DNA of 63,880 bases, the filler included, from Lama guanicoe (Eukaryota), in assembly GCA_013239625.1 (NCBI GenBank). It is 191 parts of 191 records of this genome, joined end to end, with 100 filler letters (N's around TTAATTAATTAA, not from the genome) between each part and the next. Parts side by side here need not be neighbours in the genome. Positions count along the whole stretch, not along the records: positions 25,460 to 25,692 come from PNXV01045061.1; positions 25,793 to 26,027 come from PNXV01045062.1; positions 26,128 to 26,362 come from PNXV01045063.1; positions 26,463 to 26,697 come from PNXV01045064.1; positions 26,798 to 27,032 come from PNXV01045065.1; positions 27,133 to 27,367 come from PNXV01045066.1; positions 27,468 to 27,702 come from PNXV01045067.1; positions 27,803 to 28,037 come from PNXV01045068.1; 183 more parts are not named here. The stretch is one strand, 5' to 3'. Position 1 is the stretch's first letter; each line of letters starts with the position of its first letter. The position numbers and the translations under genes were made by a program. The notes below the pieces were generated by a model. It was not told the DNA's origin. It ran no database searches and worked only from the letters and a program-made list of their open reading frames with translations. Shown in pieces: positions 25,460-39,000 of this stretch.

Positions 25460-25692
25460 TCTGCATTCCATGTTCTAAATTCTGGGTTCTCTATTCTGGT
25501 TTCTATATCCTATATTATGTTATCTACATTCTAAATTTTGTATTCTGTATTCTATATTCTATATTCTGTGTTCTACATTCTATACACTACATTTTATATG
25601 CTGAATTCTGTATTCTACATTCGAAATCCTGTGTTGTACATTGTAAACTCTATATTCTATATTCTGTATTCTGTACTGAATATTCTAATTTC
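25460..25692. repeat. Degenerate heptamer satellite (TATTCTR)n
   Basis: tattctg tattcta tattcta tattctg tgttcta cattcta; 7-bp period across the whole contig. Confidence 0.9.
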
Positions 25693-25792
25693 NNNNNNNN
25701 NNNNNNNNNNNNNNNNNNNNNNNNNNNNNNNNNNNNTTAATTAATTAANNNNNNNNNNNNNNNNNNNNNNNNNNNNNNNNNNNNNNNNNNNN

Positions 25793-25917
25793 AGGAGACT
25801 GCTCTGAAGAGGCAGGGGAGAAGCCAGTATATATATACATTTTTTGGCTGGGAAATACCTGTGGTCAGGCATACATCTTGGTAAAAGATTACTGCTAATC
25901 ACAAAGAACAGATATCT
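25793..25917. mobile_element. ERV1 LTR fragment interrupted by the SINE at 25918
   Basis: GAGACTGCTCTGAAGAGG...AAAGATTACTGCTAATCACAAAGAACAGATATCT recalled from laurasiatherian ERV1 LTRs. Confidence 0.6.
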
Positions 25918-26027
25918 GGGGTAGGGGATATAGCTTGAATGGTAGAGCGTATGTTTAGCATGCACAGAGTCTTGGGTTCAATCCCCAGTACCTCCATTAA
26001 CAAAAATTAATTAGTTAATTAAAAAAA
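25918..26027 (+). mobile_element. tRNA-derived SINE, camelid vic-1-like
   Basis: GGGG head, A-box-like TAGCTTGAATGG, B-box-like GGTTCAATCC, CCCCAGTACCTCCATTAA and an A-rich tail. Confidence 0.88.
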
Positions 26028-28137
26028 NNNNNNNNNNNNNNNNNNNNNNNNNNNNNNNNNNNNNNNNNNNNTTAATTAATTAANNNNNNNNNNNNNNNNN
26101 NNNNNNNNNNNNNNNNNNNNNNNNNNNGGCAGTATTGAGGAAGAGGTGTGTTCATTTCACCTATGAAAGAGAGAGGAGAGATCCTGGCGAGAACTACAGA
26201 AGACATCTACATTCTTTTGATGACCCAATCCTGAAACTGACATCCCATCACTTCTGCCATACTATACCTGTTAGAACTCATTCATGCATCCAGCCCACGC
26301 TCAAGAAGAAGGCGATTACAAGGAGGTAGGGATCTTTGTGACCCATGGTAGAAGCTGCCTGCNNNNNNNNNNNNNNNNNNNNNNNNNNNNNNNNNNNNNN
26401 NNNNNNTTAATTAATTAANNNNNNNNNNNNNNNNNNNNNNNNNNNNNNNNNNNNNNNNNNNNAGGCTCAGCATTTGTAAGTATCAAGTTTCAGAGGTGGC
26501 AGAGGGAGAAACAGGCTGATAAAGGTAGCTCTCCCCAACATGTCCCTTTGACAAACCTTTTCATCAGGTGACTTTTCCCCCAGTAGAATGAAAGAGGTTT
26601 GCTCTCTAGAGAAACTGAACCTAAGAGGTCCTACATGCAGGGGCACTGACTGGGCAGAGGTAGGGGAAAGTGTGAGGTACACAGCTGGGGGAAAAAANNN
26701 NNNNNNNNNNNNNNNNNNNNNNNNNNNNNNNNNNNNNNNNNTTAATTAATTAANNNNNNNNNNNNNNNNNNNNNNNNNNNNNNNNNNNNNNNNNNNNAAA
26801 AAAAAAAAGCACAAAACTTGAAAACACAGCACTAATACATTTCAAAATGGATATCTGTTTACAGCATGAAAGCTGAAGCTAAAAGGCAGAGCCTTGCTTG
26901 CATGGCAAGATGCATGAGGGGTTCTGCTCCGCCCATGTCTCAGAATGAACGTGAAAGACCAAGAGTGTGCAAATTCACAAACATGGAATCTGTGAATAAT
27001 GGAGGGCAACTTGTAGTGAAACGTGTGCTTCGNNNNNNNNNNNNNNNNNNNNNNNNNNNNNNNNNNNNNNNNNNNNTTAATTAATTAANNNNNNNNNNNN
27101 NNNNNNNNNNNNNNNNNNNNNNNNNNNNNNNNAGTTTTATAAGCTTTATTTGTAACTATTTGCTGTGAACTTTTCATTTCATTTTTATCAATCTAAATGC
27201 GTGCATAATTATAAATATTTTTAATGATTGTTTTGAAGAAGTTTAGGTGGTACTGTAATTAACATACTTACTATATAGAAGAGTCTTACATAAGAAAGAG
27301 TATTACAATTTAAAACAGTTTGCAAAATTCTTGTTTATTATAGGGATTAAAAAAACAAATATGAGAGNNNNNNNNNNNNNNNNNNNNNNNNNNNNNNNNN
27401 NNNNNNNNNNNTTAATTAATTAANNNNNNNNNNNNNNNNNNNNNNNNNNNNNNNNNNNNNNNNNNNNGAAACGTCTGTGGGAATCATGTCACACTTCAGC
27501 ACAAAGGGGGCCAATACCATACTTTCTTCCTCCAGTCTGCTAACTAGGTGTTCCTTGAAGCCAGAAAAGAAATCAAACTGGGGCCCTGAGTCACCATTGG
27601 GAGGAAAGCCACCTTGAGAATCACCAGACCAGAACTTCTGCATTGGACTTGGCACAAGGGACAACTCAACTTTGTGTGAAGGCACCGAGATTTGGGGGTG
27701 TTNNNNNNNNNNNNNNNNNNNNNNNNNNNNNNNNNNNNNNNNNNNNTTAATTAATTAANNNNNNNNNNNNNNNNNNNNNNNNNNNNNNNNNNNNNNNNNN
27801 NNCCTACAATTCCTGTGCTGTCAGAATCTGCTACAAAAGACATTTTTGTATGTTGTAGTGAATGTGGAAAATCCAGAAAATACACAAAAAAGGAAACAAA
27901 AATTGCCTATTATTCTACCGCCAGCTGACCACTTTAACATTTTGATGCTCTTAAAGTCCCATATTTTTGTATATATTTATTTTTTTCAAAAAAATGAAGC
28001 TAGATTATATATTGCATTTTATTTTGTAGCTATTTCCNNNNNNNNNNNNNNNNNNNNNNNNNNNNNNNNNNNNNNNNNNNNTTAATTAATTAANNNNNNN
28101 NNNNNNNNNNNNNNNNNNNNNNNNNNNNNNNNNNNNN

Positions 28138-28201
28138 CAGTGCCTCCATTAAAAATAAATAAATAAGTAAACCTAATCCCCACCCCACCCCCAGGAAAAA
28201 A
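28138..28201 (+). mobile_element. 3' half of vic-1-like SINE
   Basis: CAGTGCCTCCATTAAAAATAAATAAATAAGTAAACCTAATCCCC matches the 3' part of the other four copies. Confidence 0.8.
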
Positions 28202-28554
28202 GGCAACAAAAAGATAGAAGGAAAACATCATGTTGTTCAAGAAAGGAGTAGATGAACAAGAGTGTAGCTATCAGGAAGGCTTCAAAGAGGATGCGATTTG
28301 GACGGGCAGAGAGAAGGAATGGGGCCGCAGGTCTGCACTGGGAATGCGTGAGGGATTACACAGATGGCCCTANNNNNNNNNNNNNNNNNNNNNNNNNNNN
28401 NNNNNNNNNNNNNNNNTTAATTAATTAANNNNNNNNNNNNNNNNNNNNNNNNNNNNNNNNNNNNNNNNNNNNGTGCCTTGAAGAAAGCCTGGCTGGTGAA
28501 CACAGCCGGTACAAGGCACCGTTCCCAGAGCTCCACCCGGATGAACACAGCCCT

Positions 28555-28707
28555 TCACAATGGTCCTGTGAGCAACATACTATCATCACCTGCGTTGTGC
28601 AGATGGGGAAACAGGCCTGGGGCGGTGCACTGAGCTGCCTGAGGTCCCCTAGTTGAGAAGGGGGCAGACCCAGGACTTGAATCCGGGCAGCTGACACCAG
28701 AGCCCAG
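28555..28707 (-). mobile_element. MIR SINE
   Basis: GCAGATGGGGAAACAGGC...CTGCCTGAGGTCCC...GGCAGACCCAGGACTTGAATCCGGGCAG. Confidence 0.75.
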
Positions 28708-29477
28708 NNNNNNNNNNNNNNNNNNNNNNNNNNNNNNNNNNNNNNNNNNNNTTAATTAATTAANNNNNNNNNNNNNNNNNNNNNNNNNNNNNNNNNNNNN
28801 NNNNNNNCCCTGGACCTGAGTCTTATTTTTACTATCTGGAAACTAAAATTGTGCCTGCTTCATAACAGCTTCTGAATAGCATTGTTTCTTTTGAATTAAC
28901 ATTGAATACACTTGCCTTTCCTGACTCACTGGAATTTTGAAAGAAGCAAACTGAAAATTCTTTCCACTCAGAAAGCATAATCCAAACATGAGGTGTTGTT
29001 GTATTAAAGGAAGAACGAGAAGACCAGATGTGCAAGATAACANNNNNNNNNNNNNNNNNNNNNNNNNNNNNNNNNNNNNNNNNNNNTTAATTAATTAANN
29101 NNNNNNNNNNNNNNNNNNNNNNNNNNNNNNNNNNNNNNNNNNGGCTGAGCCCGCTAAGTCCTTAAAATCTAAAGACAGACTTGAGCCATATTTTATATGG
29201 TTAGGGGGTGCTGCATTCTCCCAAGACTTGAAGATGTTTCAAACACAGTGCAGAACGCTGGGGGCTCACCTCTGAAACTGGTGTGGGGACAGACAGCCTT
29301 GGTGGCTCCAGGGCAAGAATTTCAGCTCCTGGGTCCCTGCGGACCTCCTGACGATGACCCACCATTGCATTTAAAGCNNNNNNNNNNNNNNNNNNNNNNN
29401 NNNNNNNNNNNNNNNNNNNNNTTAATTAATTAANNNNNNNNNNNNNNNNNNNNNNNNNNNNNNNNNNNNNNNNNNNN

Positions 29478-29712
29478 GTCTATAAATGACAAAAGAGTTA
29501 AAATGGCATGGTTAAAGATCTGATTACAATGCAATTGACAAAGATATTTGGTACAACATTTGAAGATAACTACTAAAATCATAACATAACATTTTATCAG
29601 GATATATCAGATGTTTAGGAAGTTCATATATTTTTAGAACACATTTAAAAATCATTCACCCCCAAAATATAGCATAAGAAGGTTTATTATCCCTTGTTTG
29701 ACAATGTTTTCC
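29478..29712 (-). mobile_element. ERV1 internal non-coding fragment
   Basis: AT-rich ERV1-int-like sequence, recognised from memory only. Confidence 0.4.
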
Positions 29713-31487
29713 NNNNNNNNNNNNNNNNNNNNNNNNNNNNNNNNNNNNNNNNNNNNTTAATTAATTAANNNNNNNNNNNNNNNNNNNNNNNNNNNNNNNN
29801 NNNNNNNNNNNNATGTTCCTCAGCTCAGGATCAGAGACAGTGGAGTGCTTACAAAGAAACCCAGCACTCTATGGTAATCGAGATAGTTGGAGAGTTTACC
29901 TTCATCAGTAATTATCCGAAAAGAAAAATACTAAGACGAGAAGACCACCTTGGGGGGAGCGCCGCAGGCAGTCCAGGGCTTAGCGCTAGAATGTTCACTA
30001 GACGGGTCCATTGGCTCTTTCATCCACAGGTCATGAAGTGAAACACTNNNNNNNNNNNNNNNNNNNNNNNNNNNNNNNNNNNNNNNNNNNNTTAATTAAT
30101 TAANNNNNNNNNNNNNNNNNNNNNNNNNNNNNNNNNNNNNNNNNNNNTTACAGGAATTCCTCTTAATCCCTCTGGACAAGCCATTATAGAAGGTACACAT
30201 TCCACATTAAACTCTATGATTTAAAAACAAAAAGGTGGGGGGAGGATACACGCAGTATGATCTTCACAGATAGGTTACACAGAGCTGTATAAACTAAATT
30301 TTTTAAACTGTGTTGCTCAAGGTCTCACAGCAGCAGCTCACCATTTTACTAAAACAGCTCTGTTAGAGCAGAAATTCTAGAANNNNNNNNNNNNNNNNNN
30401 NNNNNNNNNNNNNNNNNNNNNNNNNNTTAATTAATTAANNNNNNNNNNNNNNNNNNNNNNNNNNNNNNNNNNNNNNNNNNNNCTGACAACTCTGTCACAC
30501 AGAGGCCATGACTATGAAAGAGCCTTATGTCCTGTCAGGAATAAGGCAGATCACACTTGCATGAAGTTAACGTTTCGCAGGCATGAGTTGTAGCCTTTGC
30601 GTTTCAAAAAAGAGCAACTTCATCCCTGTATCCCTATGGTATTTGTCTCCTCTAAACAAAAATATTTCACAAGATAATGATGCTAAAATAAATTACCCCA
30701 AAAAAGTCATTTTAAAGNNNNNNNNNNNNNNNNNNNNNNNNNNNNNNNNNNNNNNNNNNNNTTAATTAATTAANNNNNNNNNNNNNNNNNNNNNNNNNNN
30801 NNNNNNNNNNNNNNNNNAAAAAAAAATAGCCCCAGATTCTGATGATCATCCAGGAAGTTTGGTAAACCATGATCTAGTTCCATGCATCCTTTCAGCTCCA
30901 TCTTCCTCCAAAAGAAAACAAAAACCTCGCCTGTGCCCAAGGTTCCAGAATCTTCTACTATCTCCTTCACAATTTCCTCTCTAGTCCCTGTTTACTTATA
31001 TTTTAGTTTATGCTGAATATTCAGATAAATATATTAAGCATTACATTTAGTANNNNNNNNNNNNNNNNNNNNNNNNNNNNNNNNNNNNNNNNNNNNTTAA
31101 TTAATTAANNNNNNNNNNNNNNNNNNNNNNNNNNNNNNNNNNNNNNNNNNNNCAGTTACCCTCTGTAGGGTGCTCTGCACCCTTGTCTGATATTTTAAGC
31201 TCGTGGTGGTTCACGCCCTTACAAAACCGTACGATCAGGGAGGCAAGCCTTGCCTCCTGTGAGCTAAAGAAAGCTTCCACTTGGTGTATTAAGCAGTTCC
31301 TCCACTGAAACTTTTTTTCTGCATCAAGAATTAATCTCCCCTTTCTCTACGAGTTTTCACTCTTACTGTTGTTTTAAGTAGCTCATCNNNNNNNNNNNNN
31401 NNNNNNNNNNNNNNNNNNNNNNNNNNNNNNNTTAATTAATTAANNNNNNNNNNNNNNNNNNNNNNNNNNNNNNNNNNNNNNNNNNNN

Positions 31488-31722
31488 TATTTCAGACCTT
31501 TGCATTATTATGATACTTGTTACGGTGATCTGTGATTAGTGATCTTTGATGTCACTGTTGTAATTGTTTTGGGGCCATGTGAACCATGCCCACATAAGAG
31601 GGTGAACTTAATCGATAAATGTTGTGTGTGTTCTGACTGCTTCACCAGCCCGCCTTTTCCCCATTCATTTCTCTCCCTCTCATCTGGCCTCTCTATCCCC
31701 TGAAACACAACAGCAATATTGA
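31488..31722 (+). mobile_element. Tigger1 DNA transposon fragment
   Basis: GTGATCTGTGATTAGTGATCTTTGATGTCACTGTTGTAATTGTTTTGGGG...AACTTAATCGATAAATGTTGTGTGTGTTCTGACTGC. Confidence 0.9.
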
Positions 31723-33934
31723 NNNNNNNNNNNNNNNNNNNNNNNNNNNNNNNNNNNNNNNNNNNNTTAATTAATTAANNNNNNNNNNNNNNNNNNNNNN
31801 NNNNNNNNNNNNNNNNNNNNNNAGACTGAATGGCCTGCAGGTCCCTTTCTCTTCAGAGATTTTATGAACCTATGGTTCTGTGACTAAAAAAGATGAATGA
31901 TCCTTTGATACCTCTGCAGCCATTGAAATTTCTTTTTCAGTCTTTTGAATGTTTGAAGATGCTCCTGCTTCCACAAATGGAACACAATGCAGTTTTACCT
32001 GGAAAGCTGCTGTTAGCTTTCTGCAAAAGGTTTGCTGCAAAATCGAATCTTTGGTACNNNNNNNNNNNNNNNNNNNNNNNNNNNNNNNNNNNNNNNNNNN
32101 NTTAATTAATTAANNNNNNNNNNNNNNNNNNNNNNNNNNNNNNNNNNNNNNNNNNNNTCCAACTTCCAAATCTAAATTATCTCTAAGCCAAGAAGTTCTG
32201 GTGAATATAAGTGGACTAGGTAAGAGGTAGGTCATAGGTTGTTTGGGCTCTGGAAAGAGAAGTGGGTGCAGTTTCCTTCTTCAAGGGCTGAGGAGGCCCC
32301 AGGAATGTTGCACTGGAGGCCAGGGCCAGGAATATAGCACTGGCGTTGGGGTAAGATGGGAGTTCAGCTGTGTGTGGATCTGGCAAAGGGAGNNNNNNNN
32401 NNNNNNNNNNNNNNNNNNNNNNNNNNNNNNNNNNNNTTAATTAATTAANNNNNNNNNNNNNNNNNNNNNNNNNNNNNNNNNNNNNNNNNNNNTTAAAGGG
32501 CAGTTCCCAACCCCATTACCTAGACTACAGGCAATTTGTAATCTCGCCACCAAAACAGTGTCTCAGGTCCCTGCTGCTGCCGTATCGTGACAAGACAGGA
32601 TGTCATGACTACTTCAGCACTCTGGGCTGCTCTGGCAGGATTACTGAGATGTGAGTGATCACAGGGGTTAGAGTTGGGGAGAAAGAGTTAAATCTGAGAC
32701 TGGTAGTGATGGGAGTCTGGCTGTAACNNNNNNNNNNNNNNNNNNNNNNNNNNNNNNNNNNNNNNNNNNNNTTAATTAATTAANNNNNNNNNNNNNNNNN
32801 NNNNNNNNNNNNNNNNNNNNNNNNNNNACTTACTACCCAGAGCGCGTCTCTACCACCGACCATGGGCATCGGTCACACTGCCTGGATGCTCGGCCAGTCT
32901 CTAACTCCACTTTACACCCTGCCATGGGCTGAGTGATGTCCCTCGGCCCCCAAAGTCCCCAAAGTAAGCGGGAGTCCTGATCCCCAGTAGCACACAGAGT
33001 GGGCCCTTCTTCGGAAGTAGGGTCCGTGCAGACTTGGTCAAGGTAAGAAGAGGTCTTTAGGANNNNNNNNNNNNNNNNNNNNNNNNNNNNNNNNNNNNNN
33101 NNNNNNTTAATTAATTAANNNNNNNNNNNNNNNNNNNNNNNNNNNNNNNNNNNNNNNNNNNNAAACTGAGTCTTGGTTTTCTCACCTGAAAGAAGGGTTG
33201 GTTCTCCTGGATTTGCTGTCTGCTCCCTTCCAGAAGGACTTGGCCAAATTTCTAGGGCTAGCCCAGAGAGGGGAAGATGCAGGGGTTCATTCCTTCCAGC
33301 CAGGGGCCATGGCTCAGTTTCTTTCCGGTCTCCACTGTGAGTCAGCCAGGCGCCATTCCCAGCATCCTTGTCACCTCTGACGTGGACCCAGAGTATANNN
33401 NNNNNNNNNNNNNNNNNNNNNNNNNNNNNNNNNNNNNNNNNTTAATTAATTAANNNNNNNNNNNNNNNNNNNNNNNNNNNNNNNNNNNNNNNNNNNNGCA
33501 TTTCCTATGCACAGTTCATACACTGGGTACGAGTTCATACTGTTTTACAGAAACATGTAGAGATTTGCGAGCATATGAAAGAAACAGAGGAAGAGCGTCA
33601 CTCACCGTGTAAAAGTGCACTTATTAGGTGCCACCAGGAATCAGTCAGATGTGCTTGGCCCTCCGTGATGTGGTTGCATTACTATCGCTGAGCAGGTCTT
33701 GGCTGAGTTCACTGCTACATTATTCAGCAGATNNNNNNNNNNNNNNNNNNNNNNNNNNNNNNNNNNNNNNNNNNNNTTAATTAATTAANNNNNNNNNNNN
33801 NNNNNNNNNNNNNNNNNNNNNNNNNNNNNNNNCATTGCAGTGCCTGGTGGGGAAGGACAGAAACTGATCTAGTAAACTGAGGTCACAGTTTGTCCTACAC
33901 TCTGATTTGACTCCTTCCCCTCCGCCCCCGCAGT

Positions 33935-34054
33935 GGGGAGGTAATTAAGTTTGTTTGTTTGTTTGTTAGATTTTTTAAATGGAGGCACTGGGGATTGAAC
34001 CCAGGACCTCAGGCATGCTGGGCATATGCTCTACCACTGAGCTATGCCCTCCCC
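33935..34054 (-). mobile_element. tRNA-derived SINE, vic-1-like, full length
   Basis: Reverse complement GGGGAGGGCATAGCTCAGTGGTAGAGCATATG...GGTTCAATCCCCAGTGCCTCC...(AAAC)n...TAATTACCTCCCC. Confidence 0.9.
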
Positions 34055-35172
34055 AGCCTACAAGTCTNNNNNNNNNNNNNNNNNNNNNNNNNNNNNNNNN
34101 NNNNNNNNNNNTTAATTAATTAANNNNNNNNNNNNNNNNNNNNNNNNNNNNNNNNNNNNNNNNNNNNCACAGAGGTGGGACCTGAGCCATGTGTCCCCTG
34201 GGCCTCAAGGGGGAGAAGTCTGCCTCTGCATCAGGGTAAGGTGACCCCACATGGCTGGCAGGACATTCTCAGTATGGACTCCGAGGAGCCCTGGGAGCAG
34301 TTTCCCTGCAGGTGTTAGGAGTCATCATCAGGAGGGCAGGACCCTCTTTGTGTAGACCATCCCGCAGTGCTGGGCCCATGTGCTGACCACAGAAATCTAC
34401 ATNNNNNNNNNNNNNNNNNNNNNNNNNNNNNNNNNNNNNNNNNNNNTTAATTAATTAANNNNNNNNNNNNNNNNNNNNNNNNNNNNNNNNNNNNNNNNNN
34501 NNTACATTGATCTAGATCCATAGAAAACCAATTACCTGACCCATAGTCCAAGGTCCCTTGAAAACTGCCTTTACTCAACCACATTGGTATGATGTCACTA
34601 GCTCTGTGAAGGATGGTTATATGAAACTTGCTGTTACATCTACTGAAGGCACGCCAGAGAGGACGTCCTTCCATTCCATAGTGTCCCCCTCATGATAATC
34701 CTGGGAGTAATTTCTGTTTGGTCTTTGTACCAAAAATNNNNNNNNNNNNNNNNNNNNNNNNNNNNNNNNNNNNNNNNNNNNTTAATTAATTAANNNNNNN
34801 NNNNNNNNNNNNNNNNNNNNNNNNNNNNNNNNNNNNNAAGAAGATACAGTTTGGGGAATTTAATGAGGATTACATTTGTAGTTTCTCTTTGTTTTCTTCT
34901 ATTTAGTCTTTTGCCCAGAAAGTAACTGTGTTCTCAGTTAACCAATAAGGTGGTAAAATTGTTCAATATTTGCTCAACATCAGTGTGTTTGGGGAGGAGG
35001 AGAATAGTGGCAGTGACAGAGCCTTTTCTCTTTAATAGTGACTTGTTTAGTTCAATAGTACACACAACCATTNNNNNNNNNNNNNNNNNNNNNNNNNNNN
35101 NNNNNNNNNNNNNNNNTTAATTAATTAANNNNNNNNNNNNNNNNNNNNNNNNNNNNNNNNNNNNNNNNNNNN

Positions 35173-35317
35173 ATTTCATTCTTTATTTATGGCTGAGTAG
35201 TGTTCCATTGTGTACACACACACCCCCCACATCTTCTTTATCCAGTCATCTGTCAATGGGCCTTTAGGTTGCATCCACGTCTTGGCTATTGTACACAGTG
35301 CTGCTGTGAACATTGGT
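35173..35317 (-). mobile_element. LINE-1 ORF2 3' fragment
   Basis: TTATGGCTGAGTAGTGTTCCATTGTG...CACATCTTCTTTATCCAGTCATCTGTC. Confidence 0.88.
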
Positions 35318-35854
35318 CATTTCCTCTTGTATCCCTGACAGGAGAGTGTAGTGGTCTATAGGCGGGCACTGTGTGGTTTGGGAGAATGATGTGGCCTGTT
35401 GTTCCTGNNNNNNNNNNNNNNNNNNNNNNNNNNNNNNNNNNNNNNNNNNNNTTAATTAATTAANNNNNNNNNNNNNNNNNNNNNNNNNNNNNNNNNNNNN
35501 NNNNNNNTGACAAGTGTAAGGGAAGAGTTCATTGCCTTAAAAAATGCCAAAGAAAGTGATCAGGCACAAATCTGTCTTGGCTTTTGATCTCCACTCATCC
35601 CCACCGCCTCCCTCAGCTAAACGTCCAGCCTCCTTGCACCGTCCCTTGTCTTGTCTTCTGGATCTGAGAAGCTCATTTTACCTGGCCTGGCAGGGCTGTG
35701 CCTTTCAAGCCACCAGATCTGCTGGAAGCAATGTACAAAGACNNNNNNNNNNNNNNNNNNNNNNNNNNNNNNNNNNNNNNNNNNNNTTAATTAATTAANN
35801 NNNNNNNNNNNNNNNNNNNNNNNNNNNNNNNNNNNNNNNNNNAAAAAAATGCCT

Positions 35855-36077
35855 TTTTAAAATTGAAGTATAGATGACTTACAGTGTTGTGTCAAAGGTG
35901 TACAGCAAAGCGGTTCAGTTATACACACACATACATATCTGTTCTTTCCCAGGTTCTTTTCCATTATGGTTTATTATGGGATGTTGAGTATAGTTCCCTG
36001 TGCTGTACAGTAGGAACTTGTTGTTTACCTACTTTATATATAGTAGTGTGTATCTGCAAATCCCAAACTCCTAATTT
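35855..36077 (-). mobile_element. LINE-1 3' end (artiodactyl type)
   Basis: TTGAAGTATAG...GGTGTACAGCAAAG...TATAGTTCCCTGTGCTGTACAGTAGG...ATCCCAAACTCCTAATTT. Confidence 0.9.
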
Positions 36078-39000
36078 NNNNNNNNNNNNNNNNNNNNNNN
36101 NNNNNNNNNNNNNNNNNNNNNTTAATTAATTAANNNNNNNNNNNNNNNNNNNNNNNNNNNNNNNNNNNNNNNNNNNNCCCATATTGTTCCATCAAATGAT
36201 CATATTAATCAAATATCTCCTTTTTTTCTCATAATGGTAACTTTGTCTCCCATGTAACTCTTAACTCTGTTTAAAAAAATAAGGTAAATACAGGTACACC
36301 ACTATGTTTATTGTTCAAATAAGAAAATAGCAGATATATGTCGACATTTGCCAACATCAATTGTAATCTTTGTTATCCTTCATAATCTGGTAGTCCTCTG
36401 GTAGATCAGTTGNNNNNNNNNNNNNNNNNNNNNNNNNNNNNNNNNNNNNNNNNNNNTTAATTAATTAANNNNNNNNNNNNNNNNNNNNNNNNNNNNNNNN
36501 NNNNNNNNNNNNTTAGTGCCCGTACCAGAGTCCCAGTCAGTCACAGCATGAGCCATCTCCTGCTGGGCCTTTTGCAGAGGGGAATGCAGAGGGGAACGCA
36601 GAGGGTGGTTGGTGGAGAGTTAAACTGAGCGGGGAGGCAGGGGCTGGAAGTCTGTCACTAATTGTGTGACTTTGAACTAAAGATTTAGCATCTCAGAGCC
36701 CAGTTTCCACTCCACTATTGATTTACTCAACCATTCATTCGTTTCTTNNNNNNNNNNNNNNNNNNNNNNNNNNNNNNNNNNNNNNNNNNNNTTAATTAAT
36801 TAANNNNNNNNNNNNNNNNNNNNNNNNNNNNNNNNNNNNNNNNNNNNAATCGTACCATGTTCTTAGTCCATTTTCTCTTCTTCTCTCTCAAAGTATCATT
36901 TTCCGTCTTCCCTCCCCTCGCATCTTCCCTCCCCTCTCCTCCCAGCACAGAGCCCTCTCCTCTACTCTCGCTGCCAGATGATGACCTTGCCTCTTGGTTC
37001 CTTAGCAATTAGACCTGCTTCTGTAACAGTACTTTAACTTTCCTACATCTGTGCTACATACTCTCCCTCACTTCTGTCATTANNNNNNNNNNNNNNNNNN
37101 NNNNNNNNNNNNNNNNNNNNNNNNNNTTAATTAATTAANNNNNNNNNNNNNNNNNNNNNNNNNNNNNNNNNNNNNNNNNNNNAGCCAAGGGCAGGCCTGG
37201 CCCATTCTACCCTTGTCCAACAAGGCTGGCCCTTCTGTTCCTCGAATGCTCTCCGCAGGGAAGGAAGACTTGCCACGATCTCCTCTACTGGCCTCTTTGT
37301 GTAGGACCGGCTCAGCGAGGTCCAGCAACATGCCCAGGGTCCCACAGCACTGCTCGGGTCTTTTCTACTTCCCTGTCAAAGCCCCTGTGTGTCCCCGGGA
37401 AGGGCACCAGGGTTGGGNNNNNNNNNNNNNNNNNNNNNNNNNNNNNNNNNNNNNNNNNNNNTTAATTAATTAANNNNNNNNNNNNNNNNNNNNNNNNNNN
37501 NNNNNNNNNNNNNNNNNCCAGAGGCAGAGCCCAGCCCCCAGCCTGAGCCTGTAGGAAGGAGACTCCGCTCAGCACAAGCCGGGAGACCAGCACCACCGGC
37601 CCTCCAAATGCCACTGCGGGAGAAACAATGACTGCAGCAAGTTGGGGAAGACGGGACTGTTCAGCCCAGGTACCCCGTACTCTACTACCAACCCTTTAGT
37701 ACTACAGACCTTCTCAATTGGCACCATCATACTCCTTCCTACTCTGAAAAGCNNNNNNNNNNNNNNNNNNNNNNNNNNNNNNNNNNNNNNNNNNNNTTAA
37801 TTAATTAANNNNNNNNNNNNNNNNNNNNNNNNNNNNNNNNNNNNNNNNNNNNATACTCCAAAAGGAGACAAATGATCACTGAAAATGACTGTTAATATTT
37901 GTTCTTTACGGAGGATTTCTATCAATCAATTTGGATGTAACTGGATTGTTAAACCTAAGGAGTATGATGTCCATGCTCTTTGGAATTCACAAGGCTGGTT
38001 ATAATCACATAATATACGGCTCTACTGTACAAACATAGGGGTTGGATCAGGACTTAAGTCTGACTGACAAACTTTGATCTTCTCAGANNNNNNNNNNNNN
38101 NNNNNNNNNNNNNNNNNNNNNNNNNNNNNNNTTAATTAATTAANNNNNNNNNNNNNNNNNNNNNNNNNNNNNNNNNNNNNNNNNNNNGAAATTTGGGTAA
38201 CTTACATACAAATAGAAGAGACAAAATTACTTTTTTTTTTTACTGTTTTTTAAAAGAGATCTACCAAAACACACAATTTTAAAAAATTTACTACCTTTTT
38301 TATGGTAAAATAATGTATGTCACTGCAATACTGCTAAATGTCTTGAAACACTTAAGAGTGCCCTTTCCGTCTGAGAATGGCAATGCTATTTACAAATAAG
38401 ATTATATTCATTCTATCTTTATNNNNNNNNNNNNNNNNNNNNNNNNNNNNNNNNNNNNNNNNNNNNTTAATTAATTAANNNNNNNNNNNNNNNNNNNNNN
38501 NNNNNNNNNNNNNNNNNNNNNNAGCGTCTTCTCCATGGGGCTGGCAGGTGAGGGGCCTCGGAGTGTGGGAGGGGACCCCCCCAGGGTGGGAGGCCCACCT
38601 GCCTGGGATGTATCTTCTTGAGTCTGGCCTGCTGCTTTAAAGGCTAGGGCAGCATCCATTTCTTCTCAGTGTTCCTGAGGTTGCCCCCTCCTCCAGGAAG
38701 CCCTCCCTGCTCTCCCTGTGTTGAGAGGCTCCCAGCCAACCTTGGCTGAATGGACCANNNNNNNNNNNNNNNNNNNNNNNNNNNNNNNNNNNNNNNNNNN
38801 NTTAATTAATTAANNNNNNNNNNNNNNNNNNNNNNNNNNNNNNNNNNNNNNNNNNNNGTGAATTGATTGCTGGGAATGCGGATCTGGGCGTAAGGCTGGG
38901 GGTCAGCGTGAGGTTGCCTCTGTGTTGTCCTTCTGGCCGACCACCCTCCTTGGCCAGAGGACCTGCCCCCCTTCTCAGCCCTGCTGTCTCGTGGCTTTAC

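Noticed and set aside
27468..27702. Open frames in this contig and at 20100-20334 and 49912-50146
   Set aside because: No recognisable protein or convincing splice sites; open frames of 235 bp are expected by chance among 191 contigs.
34640..34690. Minus-strand EWKDVLSGVP resembling a CR1/L3 reverse-transcriptase motif
   Set aside because: The match is too short and the expected QGSVLGP continuation is absent.
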